From: Nitrososphaeria archaeon
GTDB taxonomy: Archaea; Thermoproteota; Nitrososphaeria; Geothermarchaeales; JDFR-13
Direction: 5' to 3'
Length of the DNA stretch: 41,469 nt
NCBI GenBank assembly: GCA_027047855.1
Contig: JALTTZ010000140.1
Span: 1-41,469 of the forward strand
Every line of letters begins with the position of its first letter. Position 1 is the first letter of the stretch. The translations under genes and the position numbers were made by a program. The notes under the pieces are model-generated. The model searched no databases. It was not told where the DNA came from and saw only the letters and a program-made list of their open reading frames with translations. Positions 1 through 9,001 of this stretch are shown piece after piece.

Positions 1-149
1 CCCTCCCTTATCGCCTGATAGATCTCTAGCATCTTCTCATCGTCGACTTCCTCCCTAATAACTAAGTATGTAAGTATACCAGCGACACCTAAAGCAAGCA
101 ATCCACCGAAGAGTGCAAATATTCCTAGGTCAAACACATTAACCACCAC
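1..149 (-). CDS. small membrane protein, N-terminal part only (3' end runs off the left window edge)
   Basis: A GTG at 147-149 (minus) opens the frame VVVNVFDLGIFALFGGLLALGVAGILTYLVIREEVDDEKMLEIYQAIRE, which stays open to position 1. It shows one clear TM helix followed by a charged tail. The fragment is too short for the ORF track and I recognise no homology. Confidence 0.3.
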   Translation of the reverse strand, partial: MVVNVFDLGIFALFGGLLALGVAGILTYLVIREEVDDEKMLEIYQAIRE

Positions 150-246
150 TGACTAAATTACATACATTCAATAATTAGACTATTTGGATATAGAATAATT
201 CTTAACAAGTATGAATATATAAATTATGTTTTAAATAAAGAGGGTT

Positions 247-1431
247 TCAGCTGGACTCTAAGTCACTAACTATACTTATCCCCCTCTTCTCCAAAAACTT
301 GACCAATTTCTGGAAAGCCACGATCTTACTGATAGACTTACCGTCCCTAGGTCCTGGCTTCTTCATAAAGAATGCATTTATGGGATAGCAAGTGCCTATA
401 CATCCTGAGTCTATAGCTAACTTACCTAGTCTAATTAAGTCAACACACATCCCGGCCAAGGATGGACTATCATTGATTCTGTAATTGACTACCAGTTCGT
501 CCCGTAATCCATTGAATGTTACGTATTCAATATGCATCGATACAAACTTCTTGTCACCTAGTGGAGCCAGATACCCTGTCGGCTTAATATAATGGGGAGC
601 ATCATAGCCTAATATATCCTCTACCACACTGCTTTTAGTGAACTCCTTCATCTTATTCTTCTCTGGTATGGTGAGAGCAAGGAAGTCCATATTACCTCCT
701 ATGTTGAACTGAGCTATAGACAATACATGCCTGTTTCTCTCAGCCATGTGCTCCAATAGATCCGCGGTTAATGGTGTCGCTCCTGTGGCGCCATCGTCGC
801 CTAATACCAGCGCCTTACTCAATTCATATAGACCGACGAATGCTGGATCGTTAGCCAATGGTACAGGAATGACATTAACAAATACCGCTCTCTTATGCTC
901 CCTTGAATATTTAGCGACAGCGTATGCATAGAATTGAGTTGCTGTCAAACGTTCTTTCTGATCCTCATCTATCACGTATTCCAGCTCCTCAAGTGTCTCG
1001 AAGGGTTTGCCATACTCAGTTGTTAACATGTTTATGAATACATCTGGATCATCGCGTTTCCACCCATCGACGAGGAAATCGACAAGCTCCGCTAAAGTAT
1101 ATCCACTGTCCAGCGAAGTGACCTTTATGGGCAACCCCTTGACACTGCCCAAATGAACTCCCTTACGAATAACTATATTCTGTAAACTTTCTGGAACTGG
1201 AGCTACGCTCCCGATATATTTTTTCGCCACTTCATATACTGTTTTACCCACTTTTTCCTTATCGATGTCATATGTAGCTACTATCTCTATGTCATTAAAG
1301 TCTATACCCAAATCTTTAAAACCAAATGGAACGCCGTATGGTTCCAATTCACCATTTTTAATTCTTTCCAAGCCAACCATCAAATGGTTGGCAACCATTC
1401 CATGCCCAAATATTATAGCCCTTACCACCAT
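247..1431 (-). CDS. myo-inositol-1-phosphate (inositol-3-phosphate) synthase
   Basis: The 394-aa ORF contains blocks typical of archaeal MIPS: an N-terminal Rossmann fold (IFGHGMVANHL), IDEDQKERLTATQFYAYAVAK, GDDGATGATPL, NIGGNMDFLAL and KNKMKEFTKSSVVEDILGY. A strong SD (GGAGGTGA, 1436-1443) lies 4 nt before the ATG. Confidence 0.85.
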   Translation of the reverse strand: MVVRAIIFGHGMVANHLMVGLERIKNGELEPYGVPFGFKDLGIDFNDIEIVATYDIDKEKVGKTVYEVAKKYIGSVAPVPESLQNIVIRKGVHLGSVKGLPIKVTSLDSGYTLAELVDFLVDGWKRDDPDVFINMLTTEYGKPFETLEELEYVIDEDQKERLTATQFYAYAVAKYSREHKRAVFVNVIPVPLANDPAFVGLYELSKALVLGDDGATGATPLTADLLEHMAERNRHVLSIAQFNIGGNMDFLALTIPEKNKMKEFTKSSVVEDILGYDAPHYIKPTGYLAPLGDKKFVSMHIEYVTFNGLRDELVVNYRINDSPSLAGMCVDLIRLGKLAIDSGCIGTCYPINAFFMKKPGPRDGKSISKIVAFQKLVKFLEKRGISIVSDLESS

Positions 1432-1443
1432 TCACTCACCTCC

Positions 1444-1465
1444 GACCTAGTTAAAAACCTAGGTC
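1444..1465 (-). promoter_or_regulatory. 7-bp stem / 8-nt loop hairpin (GACCTAG ... CTAGGTC) abutting the MIPS Shine-Dalgarno
   Basis: Arms at 1444-1450 and 1459-1465. The SD (GGAGGTGA) starts at the very next base (1443). The predicted TSS from the proximal TATA falls near 1465. Confidence 0.4.
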
Positions 1466-1486
1466 TTCAAAATATGATGGGTAAAG

Positions 1487-1528
1487 GGGTTATATAGGAA
1501 ACCGTAATAACTATTGCCTATATAACCC
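1487..1528. promoter_or_regulatory. 12-bp perfect inverted repeat GGGTTATATAGG (1487-1498) / CCTATATAACCC (1517-1528), each arm containing a TATA-box-like core
   Basis: Read directly from the sequence, with an 18-nt spacer. It lies 56-97 nt upstream of the MIPS ATG (minus strand) and downstream of the ClC stop. Function is inferred. Confidence 0.45.
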
Positions 1529-1615
1529 TGTTAATCCAAAACTAAAATAATAGAACCCTATTAAAAAATAAATTTTTTTGATATGTGCCAGTAAAGAATC
1601 AAGGGTTAATCATTA

Positions 1616-3463
1616 CTAAATCCCTATCTCTTCCTCCCCAATCAAAAATCTAATCATCTGGTCATGGGCCTCAGTCACATCCTGTTTAGTGATCATTCCC
1701 AAGTACTTTCTTGAGACCTCGGACTCCACGACGGGTAACGCATCAATCTTATATTTAGTCATCTTACGCAATATCTCGAACAACGTCTCCCCCGGATGGC
1801 ATACAGGAATATTTGAATCCAAAATCTCGACAACCCTCATCGATTGACGTTTATCTTTGGATATGTTCCTTAATTTATCGAATGAAACCATACCAATAAA
1901 CCTACCATTCTCAATTACGGGTAGAAGCCTAACACCGCGTTTCATCATCACGGATAAAGCATTACCTATTGTGACATCCGGTGATAAAGTTGGATACCTA
2001 GTATTCACTACGTCCTTTACGTGGATCTCTTCAAGAATCATCTTATGATAATCTCTAATATGGGCAGGGGAGTGGGGTCTATCCTCGACTTGCTCACCAT
2101 ATATCGTATAATCACCACTCAACAAGTAAGATATCGCTATGGATAACATTGATGGAGCAATTAGCTCATAACTCCCAGTCATCTCACTAACCATAATTAG
2201 CACTGCTACCGGAGCCTTAGATACCCCAGCGAATAGAGACATCATACCAATTATAATTGATGAAGTTAGGAAAGACTCTGGGTTAGATATGTAACCCGGA
2301 AACGCGTGTAAGAATAGGAGACTAGATGCAGCACCTATAAAAGTTCCAATACCTAAACCCGGAGCAAATACACCTCCGCTTCCACCACTACCTATAGTTA
2401 AGGAAGTAGCTATGATCTTTAGGAAAGCCAAGGCAAAAAACAATATCGATATAATTACCCAATTATCTATAACAACCCACTTACCCCTTAGGAAGTCATA
2501 TATAGGAAACACCCCCCTAGTGTAATATGGTATCCACCCATATCCCGTTCCAAGGATCTCGGGGGCAAAAATACCAATCAAGCCGACAAGTATACCACCA
2601 ATCACTGGCTTAACAATATTCGGTACAGATAATTTTCTAAAGGTATCCCTAAACATATAGAAAAGCTTTACATAAATTATTCCGAATATTGCGGTCAAAA
2701 CACCCAATATAGAATAGAAAAGGAGCTCATTGGGATGAGAAAAAGCCACTTTAGGTATATCGAATATAGGAGTGTAGCCAGAATACGCCCCAAATATCGC
2801 ATACCCAATAACAGCGGCTATAAAAGTCGGGAGAAGAGCCTCAGCCTCGAAATCCCTCTTATATAACACCTCAATACCGAAAATGGCACCTCCTAGGGGG
2901 GCCTTAAAGATAGTGCCTATACCAGCCCCAATTCCAACAACCACAGCCAACCTCCTATAATAAGGATTAACTTTCAAGAGATCAGCAAAATAGGATCCGA
3001 TCCCCGCACCTATTTGGGCCATCGGCCCCTCTCTACCAGCACTCCCTCCACTACTAATAGTAAATATCGATGATATCATCTTAATAAAAGGCACACGTCG
3101 CCTAACCTTACCCGCAAAACGATGAAACGCGGCTATAGCTGCGTCGGTACCATGTCCCTCAGCCTCAGGGGCAAAAGTATACACGAGAAAACCCGAAACT
3201 AGACCCCCAACCGCGACGATGAAAGGTATTAGAAAAGGCTGCCGAATCTCTAAATCCAAGTTTATAAAATTCTCTGCCGAGGGAACATTAAACCCAATTA
3301 TATTCTTAAAGAATATGGATTGAAGCAATTTCAAAAGCTCCACAAATAGTATAGACCCGAAACCCGATACCACACCAATTATAAGCGATATAAACATGAG
3401 TTCCCGATAACCTTTCCCGATAACCCATTTAAGACGTTCTTGAATACCGACCCACTCTGGCAT
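1616..3463 (-). CDS. ClC-family chloride channel / H+-Cl- antiporter with C-terminal tandem CBS domains
   Basis: ClC selectivity-filter motifs are present (GSGGSAGREGP, GGVFAPGLGIG). The first ~460 aa are a multi-TM region. The C-terminal ~140 aa form a CBS pair (VKDVVNTRYPTLSP..LPVIENGRFIGMVS; ..IDALPVVES..YLGMITKQDV). Confidence 0.9.
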   Translation of the reverse strand: MPEWVGIQERLKWVIGKGYRELMFISLIIGVVSGFGSILFVELLKLLQSIFFKNIIGFNVPSAENFINLDLEIRQPFLIPFIVAVGGLVSGFLVYTFAPEAEGHGTDAAIAAFHRFAGKVRRRVPFIKMISSIFTISSGGSAGREGPMAQIGAGIGSYFADLLKVNPYYRRLAVVVGIGAGIGTIFKAPLGGAIFGIEVLYKRDFEAEALLPTFIAAVIGYAIFGAYSGYTPIFDIPKVAFSHPNELLFYSILGVLTAIFGIIYVKLFYMFRDTFRKLSVPNIVKPVIGGILVGLIGIFAPEILGTGYGWIPYYTRGVFPIYDFLRGKWVVIDNWVIISILFFALAFLKIIATSLTIGSGGSGGVFAPGLGIGTFIGAASSLLFLHAFPGYISNPESFLTSSIIIGMMSLFAGVSKAPVAVLIMVSEMTGSYELIAPSMLSIAISYLLSGDYTIYGEQVEDRPHSPAHIRDYHKMILEEIHVKDVVNTRYPTLSPDVTIGNALSVMMKRGVRLLPVIENGRFIGMVSFDKLRNISKDKRQSMRVVEILDSNIPVCHPGETLFEILRKMTKYKIDALPVVESEVSRKYLGMITKQDVTEAHDQMIRFLIGEEEIGI

Positions 3464-3597
3464 GGCTACGCACCTAAGTATACCGGATACAATCCTTGAC
3501 TATGGAAACTAATTATTAGTTCACCAACATATATATAAAATGATTATGTGGTTAATACAACAAGAAAATATGATTATATTAAATTTTCTATTTTTGG

Positions 3598-5010
3598 CTA
3601 CTCCTCACTCATGTACTTATCTGCCGCAGCCATAAGCCGAACTGCTTCATCAATGTATTCTATGTACGTCTCGACATCCTCCTCAGTATGCTGCACACTG
3701 AGTGTCCACATCTCCTCAGGCCCGGTTGCATTAGGAATCACACCTTTATTAACCATATTAAAGTATAATGGATACCAAAGTTCCAATTTACTATTCAATA
3801 CTTGCCTGAAATTACGTATCTTCTCCTTACTGTACATTATTGCTCCACTAACACCAAACAGCTCAACATAGGCCTCCACACCATATTTATCGAAGGCCTC
3901 CTGATACGCTTTCTTAATTTCTTCATTCAACTTGATTAGCCTTGGATACTGATCCTTAGTCAGTATCTCTGTCAATGTAACATAGACACTCACTAAAGAA
4001 AAGGGATTAGCATTATATGTTCCAGCGTGAATGACACCTTGATACCTAGGGGCCTCGGAGGGGGCTATTAAACTCATTATCTCTTCATCCCCACCTATTA
4101 TGCTGACCGTAGCTCCTCCACCAATAGCCTTAGCCAAAGTTATAAGGTCCGGATCGACACCAAACATCTGTGAAGCGGTGCCTGGATAAGCCCTCATACC
4201 AGTTTTAACTTCATCAAATATCAACACAATATCATATTCCTTTGTTAGGTCTCTAAGTTTCCTGAGGTAACCTGGCTCGGGGTATATTATACCAGCGTTC
4301 ATCATAACTGGTTCAACGACCAAGCCAGCTATCTCATCACCTTCCTCCTCAAGTAACTCAACCAGCGGATCAATATCATTATATGGAACTACCCTCACTA
4401 GGTCTTCGGTATCCTCCGGCAAGCCGAGCGAATCGAGAACACTAACAGGCATCCTTCTAGGCCCTGCTAATCCCCTCGTCGGCCAGCTGCTCACCAATAC
4501 ATAGTCATAAGTTCCATGATAACTACCCTCAATCTTGATTATAATGTCCCTTCCAGTATATGCTCTTGCCAAACGACAAGCATACATTATCGCCTCACTG
4601 CCACTATTGCTGAATCGGAACATATCTATATCGAAAATCTCTGTGATTAATTCACCTAGTTCCTCAAGGAGTTCAAAGGGGTATGTATATAAAATGCCTT
4701 TTGATATTTGCTTCTCCCATGCAGTGACTAGCCTGGGATGAGCATGACCCGTTATTAATGTGCCATAGCCCATATTAAAGTCAATATACTCATTGTTATC
4801 TACGTCCCATATCCTTGAAGCCCTAGCTTCCTTGAAGTAGATTGGGTATGGTGCATAGTATCTTTGGTTGCTATTGACGCCTAACGGAATGTACTCTGAC
4901 ACAGACTCATAAATCTCCCTACTCCTAGGAGTCCTCTCCAAATATTTCCTAACTTCATTAACGACCTCTGGACCAAAATCCTCCCAGTCAACTAAATAAG
5001 CCTCATACAT
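3598..5010 (-). CDS. class-III (PLP fold type I) aminotransferase, glutamate-1-semialdehyde aminomutase-like
   Basis: Motifs: SNSGSEA, IIKIEGSYHG, LIFDEVKTGMR, and the PLP-lysine context LITLAKAIGGG. The ORF-track start is a TTG at 5019, but the ATG at 5010 (MYEAYLVDW) sits ~35 nt below a TATA-like box and is more likely. Substrate cannot be assigned. Confidence 0.8.
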   Translation of the reverse strand: MYEAYLVDWEDFGPEVVNEVRKYLERTPRSREIYESVSEYIPLGVNSNQRYYAPYPIYFKEARASRIWDVDNNEYIDFNMGYGTLITGHAHPRLVTAWEKQISKGILYTYPFELLEELGELITEIFDIDMFRFSNSGSEAIMYACRLARAYTGRDIIIKIEGSYHGTYDYVLVSSWPTRGLAGPRRMPVSVLDSLGLPEDTEDLVRVVPYNDIDPLVELLEEEGDEIAGLVVEPVMMNAGIIYPEPGYLRKLRDLTKEYDIVLIFDEVKTGMRAYPGTASQMFGVDPDLITLAKAIGGGATVSIIGGDEEIMSLIAPSEAPRYQGVIHAGTYNANPFSLVSVYVTLTEILTKDQYPRLIKLNEEIKKAYQEAFDKYGVEAYVELFGVSGAIMYSKEKIRNFRQVLNSKLELWYPLYFNMVNKGVIPNATGPEEMWTLSVQHTEEDVETYIEYIDEAVRLMAAADKYMSEE

Positions 5011-5243
5011 AATACTCAAGCCTCTATTGAAACGAGAGGAATAATATAGCCTCTAATTAGATAACTAGCATAAAAACATAGCAGAGAAAAGCCAGGCATA
5101 TTGCCCGACGAATCATCCTCATCGCACAAGGCCTAAATACACCTCAAAACACAATTATAATATATCATTACGGGGGTTAATAATTTTATATATTAGAGTC
5201 AACACATTTAAATCTAACTACTATAAACTGGATATTATCTCAC

Positions 5244-5250
5244 AAAAAAA
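5244..5250 (-). terminator. oligo-T (T7 on the minus strand) downstream of the saccharopine-dehydrogenase-like gene
   Basis: A7 on the plus strand ~70 nt after the stop at 5320, preceded by a T5 at 5306-5310. Confidence 0.35.
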
Positions 5251-5319
5251 GGTAATTATTGGTTTAATGTTCAATCCTTCACATATTAGTTCGTCTATTA
5301 TTTATAAAAAGATATTAAA

Positions 5320-6471
5320 TCAAGTTAATTCCTCTATATCTGTCTTTTCTTCAAGTACGGCGATTCCTCTTCTGCCTAACTCTTCGATCCAAACTTTGGG
5401 TGCATCAATGAGCTCCGGAGGTACGACGCCTTTCTTGCTAACCATGCCCTCACCAAGTATTTGTACACCTATACTTGCACCCACACCAGTAGTGAATGCG
5501 GTTACACCAGCACTCCACTTTTCATAATATCCTACTGGTCCAAGATAGTAAACGAGTTTAGACCGCTTACCATCAATGAATCCTCTAAGTTCAACTTTTA
5601 GAGACCCGATAACATCCTTAGGTTCACTAGGTTTAGTCAGTGCAGCGATCAACTTCTGGGGGGAGATATTCACGCCATCTATTTTTACTGGCTCTCTAGA
5701 TGTTAACCCGATACTCTTCATAAAATCAAGTATAGGGAAGAATGTATCGTCCCAAGTATCTTTATATGTTACAGTTTTCACCCCCTGTATAGTATATGGA
5801 AGAGTAGCTAACTCACTATGTATAATAGCATACGTTTTCTTATAGCCAATCGGCTCAGGAAAATAAGTAATTTCAGGATAACTCAATGGAGGTGCTTCCA
5901 CCAACTTCCCATTTATATACAGAACAGCCGGCATGGTCGCCTCATCCAATACAGTTAGTACACTGAATCCGAATGGAGAAGCCTCACTCTCAGAATGGCT
6001 CCCCCACCTTATATGTATCTCTTCAACTTCGTCCATCTTTTTTGCACCATATGAAACCAATACATTTGAAGTCCCAGGATCATCTCCTACACCAATCAAG
6101 ACAGTAATTCCAGCCTTTCTCACCTCTTCATCCATCTCCAATTCTTTCCTAGTCATCCAATAAAGTCCCCCCAAGTCAGCGAGATCTCTACCAGCTTTAA
6201 TTGCCGCCTTTATAGCATGCAAGTTATATTCATACCACGCAGAATTAACTACAACATCCACCTTCTTCATATGGGATGCCATGGAATCTATATCCCTTAT
6301 ATCTCCTTTAGCTATTTCAAGTCTAGAATCATTAACCTCCGAGGCTAATTTTTTCAGGGATTCGTAATTATAGTCAATGGCAAGCACCCCATCAATTTTA
6401 CGACCAAACTCTAAAAGATCCTTTACTATTACTCTACCTACATTCCCTACACCAATAACCATAACCTTCAA
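5320..6471 (-). CDS. saccharopine dehydrogenase-family NAD(P)-dependent oxidoreductase
   Basis: N-terminal Rossmann fold (MKVMVIGVGNVGRVIVKDL), and length and layout typical of the COG1748 / saccharopine dehydrogenase-like family. The TTG start is preceded by GGGGTGAT about 7 nt upstream. True substrate is unknown. Confidence 0.65.
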   Translation of the reverse strand: MKVMVIGVGNVGRVIVKDLLEFGRKIDGVLAIDYNYESLKKLASEVNDSRLEIAKGDIRDIDSMASHMKKVDVVVNSAWYEYNLHAIKAAIKAGRDLADLGGLYWMTRKELEMDEEVRKAGITVLIGVGDDPGTSNVLVSYGAKKMDEVEEIHIRWGSHSESEASPFGFSVLTVLDEATMPAVLYINGKLVEAPPLSYPEITYFPEPIGYKKTYAIIHSELATLPYTIQGVKTVTYKDTWDDTFFPILDFMKSIGLTSREPVKIDGVNISPQKLIAALTKPSEPKDVIGSLKVELRGFIDGKRSKLVYYLGPVGYYEKWSAGVTAFTTGVGASIGVQILGEGMVSKKGVVPPELIDAPKVWIEELGRRGIAVLEEKTDIEELT

Positions 6472-6543
6472 ACATGATCACCCCCAGCTATAGAATTATT
6501 CAAATCATAATTGATACCAGATTAAGAGATAGGAAAATAAAAT

Positions 6544-6550
6544 AAAAAAA
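6544..6550 (-). terminator. oligo-T (T7 on the minus strand) directly after the aor stop
   Basis: An A7 run on the plus strand lies 2 nt below the stop at 6553-6555. Oligo-T termination in archaea is established; use of this site is inferred. Confidence 0.4.
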
Positions 6551-6552
6551 GG

Positions 6553-8409
6553 TCAGGAGATAATGCCACTTACATTCATCCTCGAGATGTCTCTACCTAG
6601 CCCTAACTTCCTCAACTTACCTTTTTTCGGCACACCGTTTCTGTCCCAACCGCGTAGTTTGTAATACTCATCAAGCATCCTCTTGAATAATTCGGGCTTA
6701 ACTCTGAAACCTTTATTCGGTCCAACAGGCATTTCCTCATAAGCCACCCTATATGGTATATAATCATCTTTCCTGCTAAACCCTTCCCTAACATTGAAGA
6801 GTCTGATTAGGTTGTTGATACGTTCACCAATCAGTTTCATGGTCTCTGGTTTATAATTCAGGCCAGTTACATGGTTGAAATAGTTGGTGATTAACTCGTA
6901 ATCGGCATCCAAGAAATCGCAGAAGACCATGCTCCACTTAACCGCATTCAAGTCCTGCATATCAATAACGAGTTTGGCTTTGCCCTCAGTAGTGAATGGA
7001 TCCATATCTCCGAATGCCTCGGCCGCTATAGGCCAAGCTCTTAAGTGGCAGGCACCCCTATCCGCTGTTGCGTATGCTAGGGCCATACCAATACTTCCCC
7101 TAGGATCATATGCCGGATACTCTAGACCCTTAGTCTCCATAGCCAACTTATATGCATCTCCACCTAGCCAAGCCACGAACTCCCTAGCGCCCTCGGCCAA
7201 AACATCCCCGATACCTTTACGGTAAGCTATCATTTTGGCTAGCTCCATCTGTACATCTGCATCTCCGAATCTTAACTCCATACCTCCAAGTACATCCTTG
7301 TCTAAATACCCCTTCTCAAATGCCTCCATCGCCAGAGCCGTAACATTACCAAGAGATATTGTATCCATCCCTAGATCATCAGCTAAACTATTCCACGCTA
7401 TTATAGCCTTGAAATCGCTGAGCCCAGTATTGGAGCCACCGAGGGCAATCGTCTCATATTCTGGACCATCCAGTTCAATCTCTCCCCACTTGTCATCCTT
7501 AATTTTAGTTAAGTTTCTACATGCGATAGAACATCTGTAACAAGCACCTTTAGACGTTCTGAAACTTCTCATAACCTCGGCATCTATTTTGTCAACATCC
7601 TCAAAAACCCCTTGCTGGAAATTCCTCGTGGGCAGTACACCTACATCATTACTCCACCTTACTATAATAGGTGTACCATCCGTCCTAGCCCACTCCTCCG
7701 GGGGCCCCATAACCACTTCCTTAATTATCTTTCTATTATAATCTGTAAAACCATCCTTATCAGCTATCTCGAACCTAGGCTTCCTAGGCTCTGCCGAGAT
7801 AACGATAGCCTTCAGATTCTTACTTCCCATAACTGCACCCGGCCCACCCCTAGCATGAACATGATGCAAATCATTGACTATACCAGCCAACTTAACTAAA
7901 TTTTCCCCCGCCGGACCAATAGCAGCTACTTTAGCATTCTTATCACCTACCTCCTTAACCAAAGCCTCGGTTGTGGCGTATACACCGAAGCCCTTTAATC
8001 CTGTGGCGTCCCTGATCTCTACCGAACCATCATTTATATAAATATAACTCAATTTTTGGGCCCTACCAGTAATTATCAAGCCATCATAACCAGCAATTTT
8101 TAGCCAACACCCCCAGAAGCCACCAGAATTGGAGTCTAGAAAAGTCCCTGTTTTTGGGCTCTTGGTGACTACTACATCCCTAGCAGATGCTGGAGCCCCT
8201 GTAGCAGTGACAGGACCAGTAAAGAACATCAGTGGGTTACTGGGACTTAAAGGATTAATCCTCGGAGTTACCATATCGTAGAGGAAACGTGCACCGAACC
8301 CCTTACCACCAATGTAGGATTTTATAAAGGATTTCCTCAGCCTTAGCTTCCTAACACTACCCTTGGTCAAATCAATGTGAAGAACTTTACCCGCATAACC
8401 AGGAATCAT
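6553..8409 (-). CDS. aor: aldehyde:ferredoxin oxidoreductase (tungstopterin AOR family)
   Basis: Characteristic N-terminus (GYAGKVLHIDLTKGSV), the 4Fe-4S cysteine motif (GACYRCSIAC) and ATADRGACHLRAW. Length ~620 aa. The ORF-track TTG at 8421 is likely replaced by the ATG at 8409 (MIPGYAGK). Confidence 0.9.
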   Translation of the reverse strand: MIPGYAGKVLHIDLTKGSVRKLRLRKSFIKSYIGGKGFGARFLYDMVTPRINPLSPSNPLMFFTGPVTATGAPASARDVVVTKSPKTGTFLDSNSGGFWGCWLKIAGYDGLIITGRAQKLSYIYINDGSVEIRDATGLKGFGVYATTEALVKEVGDKNAKVAAIGPAGENLVKLAGIVNDLHHVHARGGPGAVMGSKNLKAIVISAEPRKPRFEIADKDGFTDYNRKIIKEVVMGPPEEWARTDGTPIIVRWSNDVGVLPTRNFQQGVFEDVDKIDAEVMRSFRTSKGACYRCSIACRNLTKIKDDKWGEIELDGPEYETIALGGSNTGLSDFKAIIAWNSLADDLGMDTISLGNVTALAMEAFEKGYLDKDVLGGMELRFGDADVQMELAKMIAYRKGIGDVLAEGAREFVAWLGGDAYKLAMETKGLEYPAYDPRGSIGMALAYATADRGACHLRAWPIAAEAFGDMDPFTTEGKAKLVIDMQDLNAVKWSMVFCDFLDADYELITNYFNHVTGLNYKPETMKLIGERINNLIRLFNVREGFSRKDDYIPYRVAYEEMPVGPNKGFRVKPELFKRMLDEYYKLRGWDRNGVPKKGKLRKLGLGRDISRMNVSGIIS

Positions 8410-8476
8410 AACAGACACCAAAGAAAAACCTTCATTAAATAATCTTTATACTAAACCTATTTAATTAAATCTTAGT

Positions 8477-9001
8477 CTAAATTCTAGTAAATTTATTTAA
8501 CCATAATAAGTGAATATACTCTCTTTTTAAAACATTCTTTAATATTAGTTCCACAGCCTTTGGACTGCCGGGAGAAGATATGATCAAAGCATCTCTATAG
8601 AATCCAGCTAAGGGACGTGAAGATAAAACCCTACTTCCAATCTCCTCAAAAGACAAATTACTGTAAATTATGGAGTAGGTCTCGAGCTTACGATCCAATA
8701 TATAATTTAGGACCTCGGTTGTCACATCCCCCTTTGATAAGCCGGTACCACCAATAAGTATTATAATTTCACATCCCTCAGTTATCAATTTGTCGATAGC
8801 GTACTTAATCATCCATGCTTTATCTCCCACAAGCACCCTCTTTACCTTCGTAAGTCCTAATTCTTTAAGGATATTTTGGGCTATGTCTCCAGATGGGTCG
8901 TTAAACTCTTGTCCACGAATATATGAAGTATATCTACTCTCACTAATTGTTATAATGCCTACCAAGGGTTCATACCCCAGTCTAGCTTCCTCGTGATGCA
9001 T
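8477..9001 (-). CDS. moaB: molybdenum/tungsten cofactor biosynthesis protein MoaB (MogA-like MPT adenylyltransferase family)
   Basis: MoaB/MogA fold signature (ILIGGTGLSKGDVT) and ~175 aa length. The ATG at 8999-9001 overlaps the upstream gene's stop (TGATG), suggesting translational coupling. Confidence 0.8.
   Translation of the reverse strand: MHHEEARLGYEPLVGIITISESRYTSYIRGQEFNDPSGDIAQNILKELGLTKVKRVLVGDKAWMIKYAIDKLITEGCEIIILIGGTGLSKGDVTTEVLNYILDRKLETYSIIYSNLSFEEIGSRVLSSRPLAGFYRDALIISSPGSPKAVELILKNVLKREYIHLLWLNKFTRI

Noticed and set aside
3507-3521. AT-rich palindrome AACTAAT-T-ATTAGTT upstream of the ClC gene
   Set aside because: It is short and almost pure A/T in an AT-rich spacer, so chance occurrence is likely. 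There is no second copy or partner motif.
3548-3871. 107-aa plus-strand ORF at the 3' end of the class-III aminotransferase gene
   Set aside because: It is antisense to a well-supported gene, and its Ser/Thr/Leu-rich translation has no recognisable features.
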